A DNA stretch of 63,899 nucleotides, counting the filler, from Folioceros fuciformis (taxonomy: Eukaryota): NCBI GenBank assembly GCA_049999805.1. It is 8 parts of 8 records of this genome, joined end to end, with 100 filler letters (N's around TTAATTAATTAA, not from the genome) between each part and the next. Parts side by side here need not be neighbours in the genome. Positions count along the whole stretch, not along the records: positions 40,434 to 50,157 come from JBNGIO010003185.1; positions 50,258 to 59,409 come from JBNGIO010003188.1; positions 59,510 to 62,096 come from JBNGIO010003190.1; 5 more parts are not named here. The stretch is one strand, 5' to 3'. Shown in pieces: positions 48,610 through 60,806 of this stretch; the first letter of the stretch is position 1; each line of letters begins with the position of its first letter. The notes under the pieces are model-generated. The model was not told where the DNA came from. It saw only the letters and a program-made list of their open reading frames with translations, and did no database searches. Made by a program: the position numbers and the translations under genes.

Positions 48610-50157
48610 TGTTCCTTTACCTTCATGGAGTATTTTGGATTCAGCTTGTACTGTGGAATGCAGACGGGAACAGCGCCTGGCTCCAAGTCAATCTTGTGCT
48701 CCCCCATTCCTCAGCCTTCTCCAGTCCTGGCACACTCGGATCTTCCCTTGCTGTTTCTTGGGCACCACCACGATTGGGGCCACCCAATCTGAGTTCACAA
48801 TTGGAAAAATCACATCTGCCTTCAAGTATTGCTCCAGCTGTTCCTTTACCTTCATGGAGTATTTTGGATTCAGCTTGTATTGTGGAATTCGAACGGGAAC
48901 AGCGCCTGGCTCCAAGTCAATCTTGTGCTCCCCCCACTCTTTGGGAATTCCCTTCATGTCTGTCACCTCAAAGGCAAACACATCGATAAACTCAGCCAGG
49001 AGTTGCTTCATTCCCCCTTCCAATTTGGCATCCAGCTGTTTGGAAAACTTCAGCACCTTGCCCGGCAACACCTCTACATCCTTAATTTCATCAGCCTGCA
49101 CCCAATCACGCTGCACGGGTGCAAAGCTGACTCCAAACCCTTCTTCCGGCTCTCGGGGATCTTCCTCCCTCATTCCCCATTCCCTGAATAGGTCTTCGGA
49201 GGTGAATCTAGTGACCTCTGTATCCTCACCAGCAAGCCCTTTAGACCTTGGGTCACAGCCCCCTTCCCTCATCTCATCTTCCTTCACACCCCTCTTGGCA
49301 TGGGAGGCTTTTTCCTGGCCCTTCCCTTCAGCAACTCCAGCAGCCTGTCCTTCCACATTTGCTGCTTCAGCCCCTACCATGTTGCAGTCCAAGGTGATCC
49401 CAAAACACTCGACCCGGTTCAGGGTATAAGGAATATCCCTTCGGTAGTCCTCCTCTTCATCTGTCCATGATATGTGGGAAAAAGGGAATTTATCTTCCCC
49501 TTCCCCCTCCTCCAAATCAGTTGTGTCCCCCACGGACGTGTACCCCTCCGTGTCCGTTGGGGTCTGACCGAGGTAGACATCCCGGCTCCAGCTCAAACAA
49601 ATCCTACCCTCCTTTGTCTTGGGGTTCCATTCAGGTGGTTTGAAAGCCACCTCCTTCCTTCCCCATGACAGCCTGCACCTCGATCCATACAACCAAGTCC
49701 TGCCCAGCAAGATGTCGTAGCCTGGTGCCTTGTGTTGAATGACCACAAAATCGAGAAGGTAGGGAATGGTCCCTATGGTTGTGGCTACCCCTCTCAGCTC
49801 TCCCACTGGCTGCATTCTAGACATATCGGCCAACCTCAAGACCTTGGTTGTGTGCTCGATCTCCAATCCAAGTTTCTTGGCGGTATCCTCCGTCATAATA
49901 TTTACCCCTGAACCTGTATCCAGTGGCACCCTCTTAATCACAGCTTGCAATTTCCACCTGCAGTTCAGCCGGTCCTTGGTCCACCATGGACACCATGTTG
50001 ACCATGGGAGCTGACAACCTTGTCCCTGATTTAGGTAGCCTCTTCCTTCTCTTGGGTTGGGCCTCCTGCAATGCCTTCCGGACCTGCTGTCGATATTCAG
50101 GGTTATCCTTCAGGAGCTGACCAAAGGTAACAGCAAATTGCTGGTCCATGATGGCTC
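48610..50157 (-). mobile_element. Ty3/Gypsy pol fragment (aspartic protease and RT N-terminus)
   Basis: LDTGSGVNIM, ILLGRTWL, HKIDLEPGAVPV, SDWVAPIVVVPKK...IRVCQDWR; protease directly followed by RT. Confidence 0.92.
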
Positions 50158-50257
50158 NNNNNNNNNNNNNNNNNNNNNNNNNNNNNNNNNNNNNNNNNNN
50201 NTTAATTAATTAANNNNNNNNNNNNNNNNNNNNNNNNNNNNNNNNNNNNNNNNNNNN

Positions 50258-53200
50258 TGCATCATCCCACATCTGCCATACACAGTCTGCTTTTTCTGAG
50301 TACAGAAAGGTTCCAAAAGGTCAAGTCGTTCTTCTTGGTGACGATCGTGGCCTACCAATTGTTGGAATAGGCAAGGTCCCTGTCCTTGCGGTAAGTCGAA
50401 GGGTTGAAACCCTACTAGAAGTTCTGCACGTACCAGCTTTGGTCAAAAATCTGGTGTCAGTCTACTTGCTAGATACTCAGCACAAGCTTAGCACCATGTT
50501 CACTAATGGCCAGTGCCATGTAGTTGACCAGAAAAACAAAGCTGAGATAGTCACAATAGGAACTCCAGTGCATAACCTGTACAAGCTAGACATCAAGTAT
50601 GAACGTTGCAGACCAATGGCAAACCTGACACAATCACAGCAGGATGAGCGTGACGCCAAGCTCTGGCATGCCCGGCTGGGTCACACAAACTTTGACAAGC
50701 TGAATATGATAGTAAAAAATAGCTCACTTTACTGTGAAATTTTTTTAATGAAGCATGCTGAGAAGACCTTCTGTGAGGCGTGTGTGTTTGGTAAACACCA
50801 CCGAGCTCCCTATAAAGACAGTAACCCTACTCGTGCTACCAAGCTTTTGGAGCTTGTACACTCAGACCTTTGTGGACCCATGTCCACAACTTCACTTGGT
50901 GGAGCAATGTACTTTCTATCTTTCATAGATGACTGGAGCTGATACACTGTTGTGTATCTTATCAAGCAGAAGAGCCAAACCCTGGAATGCTTCATGGAGT
51001 TTGTGACTTTTGCACAAAGGCAAACAGGAGAATTGCTGAGAACCTTGAAGAGTGATAACGGAGGCGAGTACATCTCGGATGCCTTTGTTAGCTTTTGCAA
51101 GGGACAGGGCATAGCCAGACAGCTGACTACCCCATATACATCTGCACAGAATCCAATAGCAGAAATCTCTAATCGGCACACACAAGAATCTGCAAAAGCA
51201 ATGCTCCAGCAAGCACGTCTTCCACGTGGGTACTGGGCTGAAGCAGTCAGTACAGCAGTGTACATCAGAAACAGACTTCCTACCATTGTGTTCACAGGAG
51301 CAACTCCGTATGAGCGCTGGACAACCCACAAGCCACGAATAAATCACCTCAGGATTTTCGGTGCGCCAGCATACGCACACTTGGCTGAGGACCAAAGAGT
51401 CAAGCTTGACTATGAGGCGCGCAAGTACATTTTTGTGGGTTATACGGAAGGAATTAAGGGGTACAAATTGTTGGATCCAAACACCAGAAACATTACCCAT
51501 TGCCGAAGTGTGGTATTTGATGAGCTTTCACTTCTCACACCGCCACTTGAGTCCTCGAACCTGCAACCTGAACAGGAAGCATCCACAAGTGAGATCTCTG
51601 AAGGGGAAACGAGTGAGGTATCCTATCAGCATACAAGCACCACAACCCACACTGCTCATGTGCCAGCAGTCCCTGTCGACCAGACAGCAAGTGTTTTTCC
51701 GGATGACGAGGATGGGGAAACCTTGAATGACACTCAAGCTGCAGCAGCTGATATTGATACAAATGAAGGGGAGACAGAAGACAGCCACACTTGCAATCAG
51801 GATGATGCTACCATCACAGAACCTGAACAAGGTCAAACCTCAGAGATTGAGGTGGAATCAACTCCAGAAGCTGAACTGCCAAGACAGAGCAGTAGGAGGC
51901 ACACATCTTCGCCAGCCGAGTGGGTAACTCCACCACTCACCTACAGCTCGTTCCTTGTCCAGGATGATAGCACACCTGATAGCTTGGGCGAGCCCCTGTC
52001 ATACAAGGAGGCTATCAGTGGACCAGAAGCAGCAATATGGTCAGTGGCAATTAATTCAGAGTATCAGTCGCTGGTGGACAATGGCACATGGGAACTGGTG
52101 GACCTACCTCCTGGCAGAAAACCAGTAACCTGCAAGTGGGTTTTTAAGAAAAAGCTTGCAGCTGACGGAAGCATAGCACGCTTCAAGGCACATCTTGTGG
52201 CAAGAGGGTATAGTCAGGTTGAAGGCCTGGACTATAAAGAAACCTTCTCTCCCGTAGTTAGGGCCACCTCAGTCTGCACACTTTTTGCTATAGCAGCACA
52301 GAGGGACTACGCCATGGAGCACATGGATGTGAAAACTGCTTTCTTGAATGGAACTCTGGAAGAAACAATTTTCATGAGTCAGCCAGAAGGTTTCGTGGAC
52401 CCTAAGCAACCAGGAAAAGTGTGTAGACTAATCAAGACCATCTATGGACTAAAACAGTCCCCACGAGCTTGGTACAAATGCATTGATACATACCTCAAGC
52501 ATTCAGGATTTTTGCAGTCAGAATCTGATTCAAATGTGTACAAGCTGGAGGAGAAAAATGGAGAGGTCTTCCTGGCTCTCTATGTGGACGACGCAGTCCT
52601 TATTGCCAGCAACCCATCAATAATGGCTAAGGTCAAAACCATACTTACCTCTGAGTTCTCTATGACTGACTTGGGTAAACTCACATGGTTCCTTGGTATA
52701 GAGATCCACCAAAATATGGCAACGCACACTGTGTTCATTCACCAGGCTCAATACATCAGCCAAGTTTTAGCAAGGTATAGAATGGTGGATAGCAAACCTG
52801 CTGCAACACCCATGGCTGTTGGGGAAAAACTGAGTACTGAACAGTCACCTAAAACAGAAGCAGAGAGACAGCAGATGGAAAAGGTTCCATATCGGTCAGC
52901 AGTATGCTCACTGATTTACTGCAGGAACTGGACACGACCTGATTTGTCGTATGCAGTGGGAGTGACCTCTCAATTTTTAACCTGCTATGGAACAGCACAT
53001 TGGACTGTTGTACAGAGGGTAATGAGGTATCTGAAAGGCACTCTAAGACTTGGCCTGCTGTATAAGCAGAGGCCCAAGAATCTCCTGCTGACATGTTTCT
53101 GTGACGCGGGCTGGGCAGCTGATGCCGACACTCGCAGGTCAATATCTGCCAATTGCCTGCTGCTGGGAGCACATGAGTATGATGCTACAGTCATTTCTTG

Positions 53201-54397
53201 GTATTCCAAGAAACAGCAGGTTGTGGCCCTATCATCTACTGAAGCAGAGTACGCTGCTACAGCTACTGCTGCTCAAGACATAGTTTATGCAAGGGAGCTG
53301 CTCTCATCACTAGGTGAAACTCAGAGTGCACCTACCCTGCTCTTGTGTGACAATCAGTCAGCAATAGCATTAGCGCAAAACCATGTTATGCATGCAAGAA
53401 CTAAGCATATCGAGGTGAAACACCATTTTATTAGACAAGTGATTAGTAACGGGCAGGCAACCTTGCAATATGTACCAACCAGTGACAATGTATCAGACCT
53501 GCTCACCAAAGCCCTAGCAAAGGACAAGCATGACAAGTTTTGCAGGGCTTTGGGTCTGGTAGAAGGAAAATAGTGTCAAAAAGTCACTCCCACAAGGTCA
53601 GCACATGCACAATCTTCATGCAGATCTTCAGACCTCTAGGACTAGCAGCCCTTGAAGCGGAGAGTTGGCAACACAGTGGAGCACCTGCACCAGGGTTCTG
53701 CGCAAGGCTGAAGTGGGTCACCACAGAGAATGGATCAAAAACACAGTAGTGAGATCGAATCTCACAGAGCCTGTGGGTCTCACCATAGCAAATGATGAGC
53801 TGCCCTTCTTCTGTGAAATCAGACCTAGCGCACAAGAATCTGTCCATGCAATTTGGAAGCATTGTGAATGGCGCATCTGGTGCTAGGCGAAGAAAAACCC
53901 TGCAGCCGCCTTCCAACGAGCATGCGCTGTCTCCAGCTCAGCTTCAGTGCTGTGCTTAGCTTCATGAGCTGTCTCCAGCTCAGCTTCAGTGCTGTGCTCA
54001 GCTTCATGTGCTGTCTCCAGATCAGCACGCCAGCCAGCAACAACACGCACGTGATCAAAACCTGGTCCTTGGCGAAAGAGGAAGCAAACCCTAGCAGGTA
54101 GTCGGAGCAATGAAATTAAATGAAGATCTGGCTAAGTGGGAGTAGTGAAAAAGCATATATAGTTAGCATTTAAGTAGCCAGCCTTATTTAATTATTTATT
54201 TATTCATTTAGGGCAACACACCTAGATACCAAATGCTTCGGCGTTTCATAGGGGTCGTGACCTAACTAACCGTCACCGTCGTTCACACGCCGTGAACCGA
54301 CGCACATGTCTTGGCTTAAGGCCGTTTATGGCCACACAATAATTTAATTTTATCTCTTTATGCAATCTTGCAACCGATCCTAGTCTGTAATTTTCCA
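50258..54397 (+). mobile_element. Young Copia element, 5' truncated by gap; pol nearly intact
   Basis: Frame open from ~50260 to 53573 except TGA at 50940; LWHARLGH, HSDLCGP, SDNGGEY, LYVDD, RNase H; PPT AAGTGGGAGTAG; 3' LTR 54146-54397. Confidence 0.95.
53927..54026. repeat. 42-bp tandem repeat in Copia 3' region
   Basis: CTGTCTCCAGCTCAGCTTCAGTGCTGTGCTYAGCTTCATGWG, ~2.4 copies. Confidence 0.85.
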
Positions 54398-54667
54398 TGA
54401 TACCCTATACAGGTGTCCCCTTTTCTGTAGGTAGCTTGCCCTTCACAACTATATTTCTTATTTAGGTACTACCTCTCACATAGATATCCACCCTACATGG
54501 GTATACTTCCCTATAGGTAGCCATCCCAAAGAAGGTAACTTCTTTACAATACTACCCCTTATTATTGCTACTCATCTAACCTACCAAACCAAGACCAAAC
54601 AAAATTGAAAATGTTATTAGCCGCTCCCTACCTACTGCAGGTACTTGCCAAAAACCCGCATTCCACA
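54398..54667 (-). repeat. Family Y terminus (target of the Copia insertion)
   Basis: Reverse complement of 16175-16440. Confidence 0.85.
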
Positions 54668-54696
54668 GGGGCCTCACCTGCGAATCATTTCATGGA

Positions 54697-55350
54697 ATGG
54701 TAGAGGCTTTGGGGGGTTGGTCAAAGACGGCCTCGAAGTGTAGGAGACTGAAGCACTTGTTAGAAGAGGAGGTCACTTGGGGTATTGTTTGCCTCCAGGA
54801 GCATGAACTTTCTACAGAGCATATCCAGAACGTGAAGAAGCTATTCCTTCCAGGTAGAACAGAATGGGTGGCAGCCAAAGCAGAAGATGAAAGCAATGGG
54901 GAGCATTCGACTCAACGAGTATCAACAACCCGGGGAGGCGTGTCCATAACTATTCACCTAGAACACACTCACAATATCTTGGAGACGGGTGAAGATGAAG
55001 GTGGAAGGTTTGTGTGGCTGGTGTTGCAAACACCTCAAGGCCCACTCGGCATATGTAATATCTATGCCCCCAATGCTGCCACTGACAGGAGTAATCTCTG
55101 GTGCAGACGGGGGGAACAACTGGATGAGCAGATCCTGTGGATGTTGGCTGGGGTTTTCAACTTTGTTGAAAGACGGGAAGATATCCGAGGGGAGAGGTAT
55201 GATCCTGTCTGACCATCACGCAATTAGCTTGCACTTGAGGCTTGCGCCGGACTCGGGGCGGCAAAGGAGGCATATGCAAAACTTTTGGATGAACACGTCC
55301 TTGCTCAAGGAAAAGGGGGTGTTCGAGGAGGTCAAAAACATATGGTAGGG
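54697..55350 (+). pseudogene. LINE (L1-type) APE endonuclease fragment
   Basis: IVCLQEH, GRFVWL, CNIYAPN, LAGVFN (GDFN-like), then shifted SDHHAI and FWMNTSLL. Confidence 0.85.
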
Positions 55351-55385
55351 AATAGAGCAGGGGGCAGAACCTGCTGTTTCATTGA

Positions 55386-55444
55386 GACTATAAAAATGCA
55401 GACTATAAAAATGCAGACTATAAAAATGCAGACTATAAAAATGC
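55386..55444. repeat. 15-bp tandem repeat x4
   Basis: GACTATAAAAATGCA repeated. Confidence 0.9.
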
Positions 55445-55746
55445 CTGCGACGTAGGCTAATCAGGAGCAGGTCAGAATCAAAACGCCACCGCAAAACGGC
55501 ATAAAGCTACAAAACAGTAAGTAGGTCAGCCCTAGAAAAACCAAACGTGCCCTAACTTCATTTTTTTGGATATGCCATGTTGCGTGCACCTGACAGGTGT
55601 ATACAATCAAAAGCAATGTGCCTGCGTGTACATGACCACCAACCGTCAAGTGTGCACAAAGCGCCTGTTGGTGGTTGACTGCAAACAATGCCTAGAGTAG
55701 TGAGCTTTGTCCACCTCCGGCTGTAGCACACCACACACCAATCTGA

Positions 55747-56337
55747 TCAAGCTGCCTCAAAAGCATTGCGCTCACGAGTTGGAGGCAACAACGCTGGTAA
55801 GTATAGGGCAACTTGTAGATCCATCGCCGAGTGTCCTTGTTCTGGAACTCTGAAAAAATGGGCAATTCTTTGAATAGTTACAATTTGCACTCTAGTAGCC
55901 TCAGATTGCAAATGCAGGTCCTCCGTGAGAGCAGCAATCATTTGAATTGCTGAGTCGATCTGAAGAGTGAGGTTTGATCTTGTTCTGAATAGCAGAACCT
56001 AAGTGTCTCGAAGGCAATCATCAATTGCTGAAAAAGAATCTTCCAAGATCAAATCCTCATCTTCATCAGATGGGAAAACTCTTGGTGGTCGTCTTGCTAA
56101 CCCTCGTCTTGAGCTTGGACGTTGATTTGTGTGATAGGTGTAGAGATGCGGATCCTGTTGTTCACCACGGGATGTCTCCAATTTTTGAGACACAATGGAG
56201 AAGAAAACCGTGCGAGGATTTCGTCTAGAGATTCTCCTTGAAGGATCCTCAAGGCATCTGTTCGTAGAAGAGGGCAGTTCTGATCTTAGTTCCCCTACGC
56301 ACGAAACATGATACCTATTTCTAGACCTACGTGTCAT
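55747..56337 (-). pseudogene. Unknown ~196-codon ORF with one internal stop
   Basis: ORFs 55999-56337 and 55747-55941 are in the same frame, separated by a single TAG. Confidence 0.35.
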
Positions 56338-56564
56338 CCCTGCTGCTCAAGTGAGACCGACATAGATTTTTCCTAATGCGATTCCACCATAGCTAGGCTC
56401 ACATAGTGCTATTCAGTGAGAGTTTCAACATAGCTCAGCGTGTATGAGCAAATGCACACTAAACTACGTTGAAAGACACCTTATCTCATCTAGAATACAG
56501 CATCTATTCTCGTAGATAGAGTAGCCTAATTCTATATGAAGATGAGCATCATGTATCAAAGGGC

Positions 56565-58962
56565 CTAGACAAAACCTAGCCATGTCCACATAATACACTC
56601 CTCTACAGACCACACCCACAGTTGGTCCTCCAACCTCTCGCCTCTCCGTCTACAATACAGACACACGGCAATCAAAGCACGATGTAGCCTGTACATATCA
56701 TGAAGGTAATTTGTGCCCTGCATCCCAACCTTGAATGCCTTGTGCCTTGCTTCCTTCAACTCCTACACACATGCACATCCACGGAAACTCATTATCAGCA
56801 CCTCCCGCATAGGATCCTATGACCCTATCTCCTTCAACATTAGTTTTACCTTGGTGAGTAGTTCCACCCTTGACAACGAAGGCGCCTCTGGTGCATTGTT
56901 CCAGGAAAATTGCGTTCCTCGGATGCTGTACTCCCCATCCTCGTCGGCATCCACACCATACACCTCTTGAGGCCCCACCAACCCTGCCAATCTCTCGTCT
57001 TCTTGGAACACCTCTATAGGAACATGGCCTGGTATGTGGTCATTTGCAGAGCTCTTTCTTCGCACCCTATGAAGATTATGAAGATTCCACACTTGCACGA
57101 CAGTCGCAAGCTCTTGCCTCATTATGGGCATGAATGCCGCCTATAGCAAGTGGATATGCCAGTGGTTTGTTATGTCTAGCTCCAAACTTTGTTGTAGGTC
57201 TTGCATATACCCTTTGTACAAAAAAGCCCATTTTTCCTTCAAAAACCTCCAAAAGTGTTCTATTCTCTACACATCAAGCACCCACACACTTGCAATCAGC
57301 TTTACTATTGTCCCCAATCCATTTGCTCCCCACTCTACTTTCTACCTCCTCCATAACCACATCCAATCCCTTTACATTCATCCTCACCTGGCTGTGCACC
57401 GAAGGCCCTCTTATAAAGTTGCTCCCATTCTCTCGTGGCCTTGCCCGCATGAAATCAGCCTCCACCAAATTGTGCTCTGCAGCATAGTCTGCCCTTATTC
57501 GTTGTGGGTGGCTGAACCTTTGTACAGCCCCAATGTACACATTGTAGATTGTTTATCCCAACACATTGATTGGCGACTGGCCAATTTGGTGACTTAGTGC
57601 ATTAACCAACCGAGAAGCAGTAGCCCCTTTGTGATTGACCTGCCATGTCTCTAGGTCACTGCACCCCTCGTCCCCGGCAAACTGTGTGCCTCCAAGGTCT
57701 GGCGACGACCCCCCGGATGCATCATGGTGAAGAACTCGCCCCGATGGCATTTCTCCCACTAATCGCATGCTCTGGCCATTTGTTTCGGTGCAGTCAACCC
57801 TAGCCTTGTTTGCATTTAGTTCGTTTATAATGGTGTCATCCTCTAGCACACCGGCCTTCACCCGATACATATGAATCATGTGCTCAATCATCTATGATTG
57901 CGGGTCCCAGATGTATAGCAGCACGTTTTGTAATTGGTGTGCGCTTTCAAACGTAGTGCTGCCGAGTGGGAACATGAGTGGGTTGTCCGATAGCATGTCT
58001 GTCAGAGAGTTACAAGCCAAGAGTCGCTGATGCCGCTCAATGAAGCACCCCGGTGCCAAGTTGCTCCATGGTAAACTATATGAATGAGCTACAACCTCCA
58101 TTATCTCCGCTGCTATGGTTCCTTGCACGAACCCAAATCCATCATACTTCGCACCCACCGACATGGAGAAGGGCATGCGCAACTCAACTGCAGTGCCATC
58201 TGTAGATGTGATCCATGTGACAAGCATACGGCCCCTTCCATCGGGACTTTCCACATGTATTACATTGTATAGTCTACCAAGGGGGACTATGATCTTAAGC
58301 TTCTTTAGATGCACATGATCATGGGAGCCAGCGTTGCCTAGTCTCTTCCCATTCCCTAGCATCTTGTGACGTCTGCCTAAACTTGCGCCAACAACCATGT
58401 GATTGCGTTGTAGAGTGATGGGAATGTTCCCAACGGCTGCCCGCACCCAGTCGGGCGCGGGCGGCACTTGCCACATTGGGGTCTCCACTGCACTTCATTG
58501 AGGGAGAGGCAAGACGGGGCCTCTAGGGGTGAAAGCCGTGTTGGGGACCCAAGGGCTGACCTCAGACCATGCTTGGAAGCCTGCACACGCGGCCGGGGCC
58601 TCGCAAGCCACCGACTCGTCGCTCGTGCTACAAACCATGATAGGCATAGAGGAACTTGGAGTTGAAGGGACGAGAGAACTTGTTGACAATCCGGGGGCAT
58701 CGCCATCGTCCATCCTGTCACCTATCTGCCAATCCTGGAGGATTGCATCATCGTTGTCTCGCACGAGAGTCGATCTCCTCTGGTGCTCCAATCTCTGTTC
58801 AGCATTCATATTGTTGCATTGCGTTGAAGTAGGGCCCCAGGAAGCAGGCCGTCGTTGAGAACGTTTGTGGACGCAGGGTTGTGACAATGGATGCGAAGTG
58901 CTGGTATCTAGGCTTGGTGTTGCGGAAAACCAGCCTATCTGCGCGAGCTTGGTACACATCAT
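56565..58962 (-). pseudogene. Intron-containing integrase-core (DDE) transposase pseudogene with a long unknown N-terminal region
   Basis: One frame 58962-57388 (3 stops); GT-AG intron 57387-57267 joins GPSVHSQ|RIEHFW; intron 56849-56763 joins LLTK|ELKE; motifs HPQRIRADYAAEH and VWNLH. Confidence 0.75.
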
Positions 58963-59974
58963 GGCCGATGAACGGTGTCGAGTGATACATAGTTTAGGTA
59001 CATTATTGTTGATTACCGAAATGGTGAATTGTGGCCAAATGAAGTGTGGTCATAAACAAAGGGTAAACATAAATAATTTCGATCCCTGGAATTTACAAGA
59101 AAACAAACCTTAAGGAGGTGTCTACTTGGTTGCTTAAAAGTGAGCACTTTTTAAGTAGCTGTAAAAAATATTTTCTTCTAATAAATATATATCTTATTTA
59201 AGAGTGACTCTTAAATATGTATAGGTATGGAGTAAAAGACTATCTTCAACCCATACCTATACATACATCTATAGTGATCGGAAATAATCATAAGTCTGGT
59301 TTTCAGGTGTTGTTCCTTTTGTGATGATGCCTCATCAAAGGAAAAACAGTTGGAAAAGTTTTTTTATATTTCATTTATTATTAAATTATTTTTATATTTT
59401 ACTTAATATNNNNNNNNNNNNNNNNNNNNNNNNNNNNNNNNNNNNNNNNNNNNTTAATTAATTAANNNNNNNNNNNNNNNNNNNNNNNNNNNNNNNNNNN
59501 NNNNNNNNNATGCTTTATATCTCTTTTCTATGAATTAAGACACTTAGATCCTCTTTTTTCTTCTAATATGCATTAAGTTTACATTGCTTTTTTTTTTACT
59601 ACCTTAAAAAGTCTAAGTTAAGGTGTACAAGAATCTAAGTATATCAAGTAAATATCATTTAAATTAGACTCATGTCATTTGTCTCCTTCTTAGCTTCAAG
59701 ACAATAGTATAGTGAACTCACTTCAAAGAAAATGAGCATTGAGCAATTGTATTGTATGTAAATGCAAGAAGGATAACATCTTAATTGGAGTATGGTGGCA
59801 AAGCTAGAAACAAGGATAAGAATAATGTTGCGCGAGTTCAACATTCTTTGATCTTACATTTTGATATTAGAGTAGGGCTCAACATGGCTAGTTCACCAGT
59901 GCTTGTTATTTGGAAAATGATGGAGGGTGCTCAGTGAAAATTGGATATAAGGATGTAGCATGTTTTCAAAACCA

Positions 59975-60475
59975 CTTGCTTGCAGTTTAGGAAACTTTGT
60001 GCGATTTAGCTTTCCCATTTGACATCCTGGACACAAATGTGTTGCAGTAATCTCCTTTAAATCTAATCCTGTCACCATGTCATGAGTCATCATCTGCTTG
60101 AGTTTGTCCACTCCGATGTGGCCTGAACGCCTATGCCATAAATCGTCAGACTCTATGTGGTTGTGTGAACTAGCCAGGGTTTGTACAAGCTTGCTTTCTC
60201 ATTGAAGCACAAAGTTTGTACAGATTTCCCACACGAACACCACGAGCAACCACGTGTGACGGCTCAGGCTGTACAGGTTGAATGCGATAGCCTGTGGAGT
60301 TGAAGACTATTTCATGACCGCATCTGCAATCTGCGTAACAAAAAGAAGATTCCTCGCGAGATTAGGTACATGATGCACATTCTCAATACATGCGAGGTTA
60401 CCGCCCTGCAACTGAATGTGTAAGACTCCTTTTCCCCTCGATGTCATGTGACGTATTGTCACCGAGAAGAAGTGG
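59975..60475 (-). mobile_element. Copia fragment (protease to integrase zinc finger)
   Basis: DLWHRRSGHIGVDKL...CPGCQMGK. Confidence 0.8.
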
Positions 60476-60494
60476 ATGCTATAGCTAGAATATA

Positions 60495-60632
60495 GGGTGG
60501 AACAGTGGAGCGGTGTGGCCTAGGGCGGAGTGGTGGGGCAGTATGGTGTGGTGCACTACGGTGGAGCGGTGTGGCCTAGGGCGGAACGGTGGATCAGTAT
60601 GGTGCGGTGCACTACGGTGGAAGGGTGTGGCC
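60495..60632. repeat. ~56-bp tandem repeat
   Basis: GGTGGAGCGGTGTGGCCTAGGGCGGA...CAGTATGGTGYGGTGCACTAC, ~2.4 copies. Confidence 0.8.
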
Positions 60633-60806
60633 GTATACGCAGGAGTGTTGTAGAGCATGGCCCAAGATAGCCAGAGGGGAATGAGCGATGTGATGGTATA
60701 TTAGAGGAGAAATATAAAAATAGTATGAGTGGTGTACGAGTGGTGTAGAATTGCTTGTAGGAATGGCATTCTAGATGAAAATGGTATACCGATATGGTGG
60801 AGCAAG

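Noticed and set aside
16175-54667. Inverted 265-bp copies as TIRs of a giant transposon
   Set aside because: Separated by four contig joins; better explained as two dispersed copies of one terminus.
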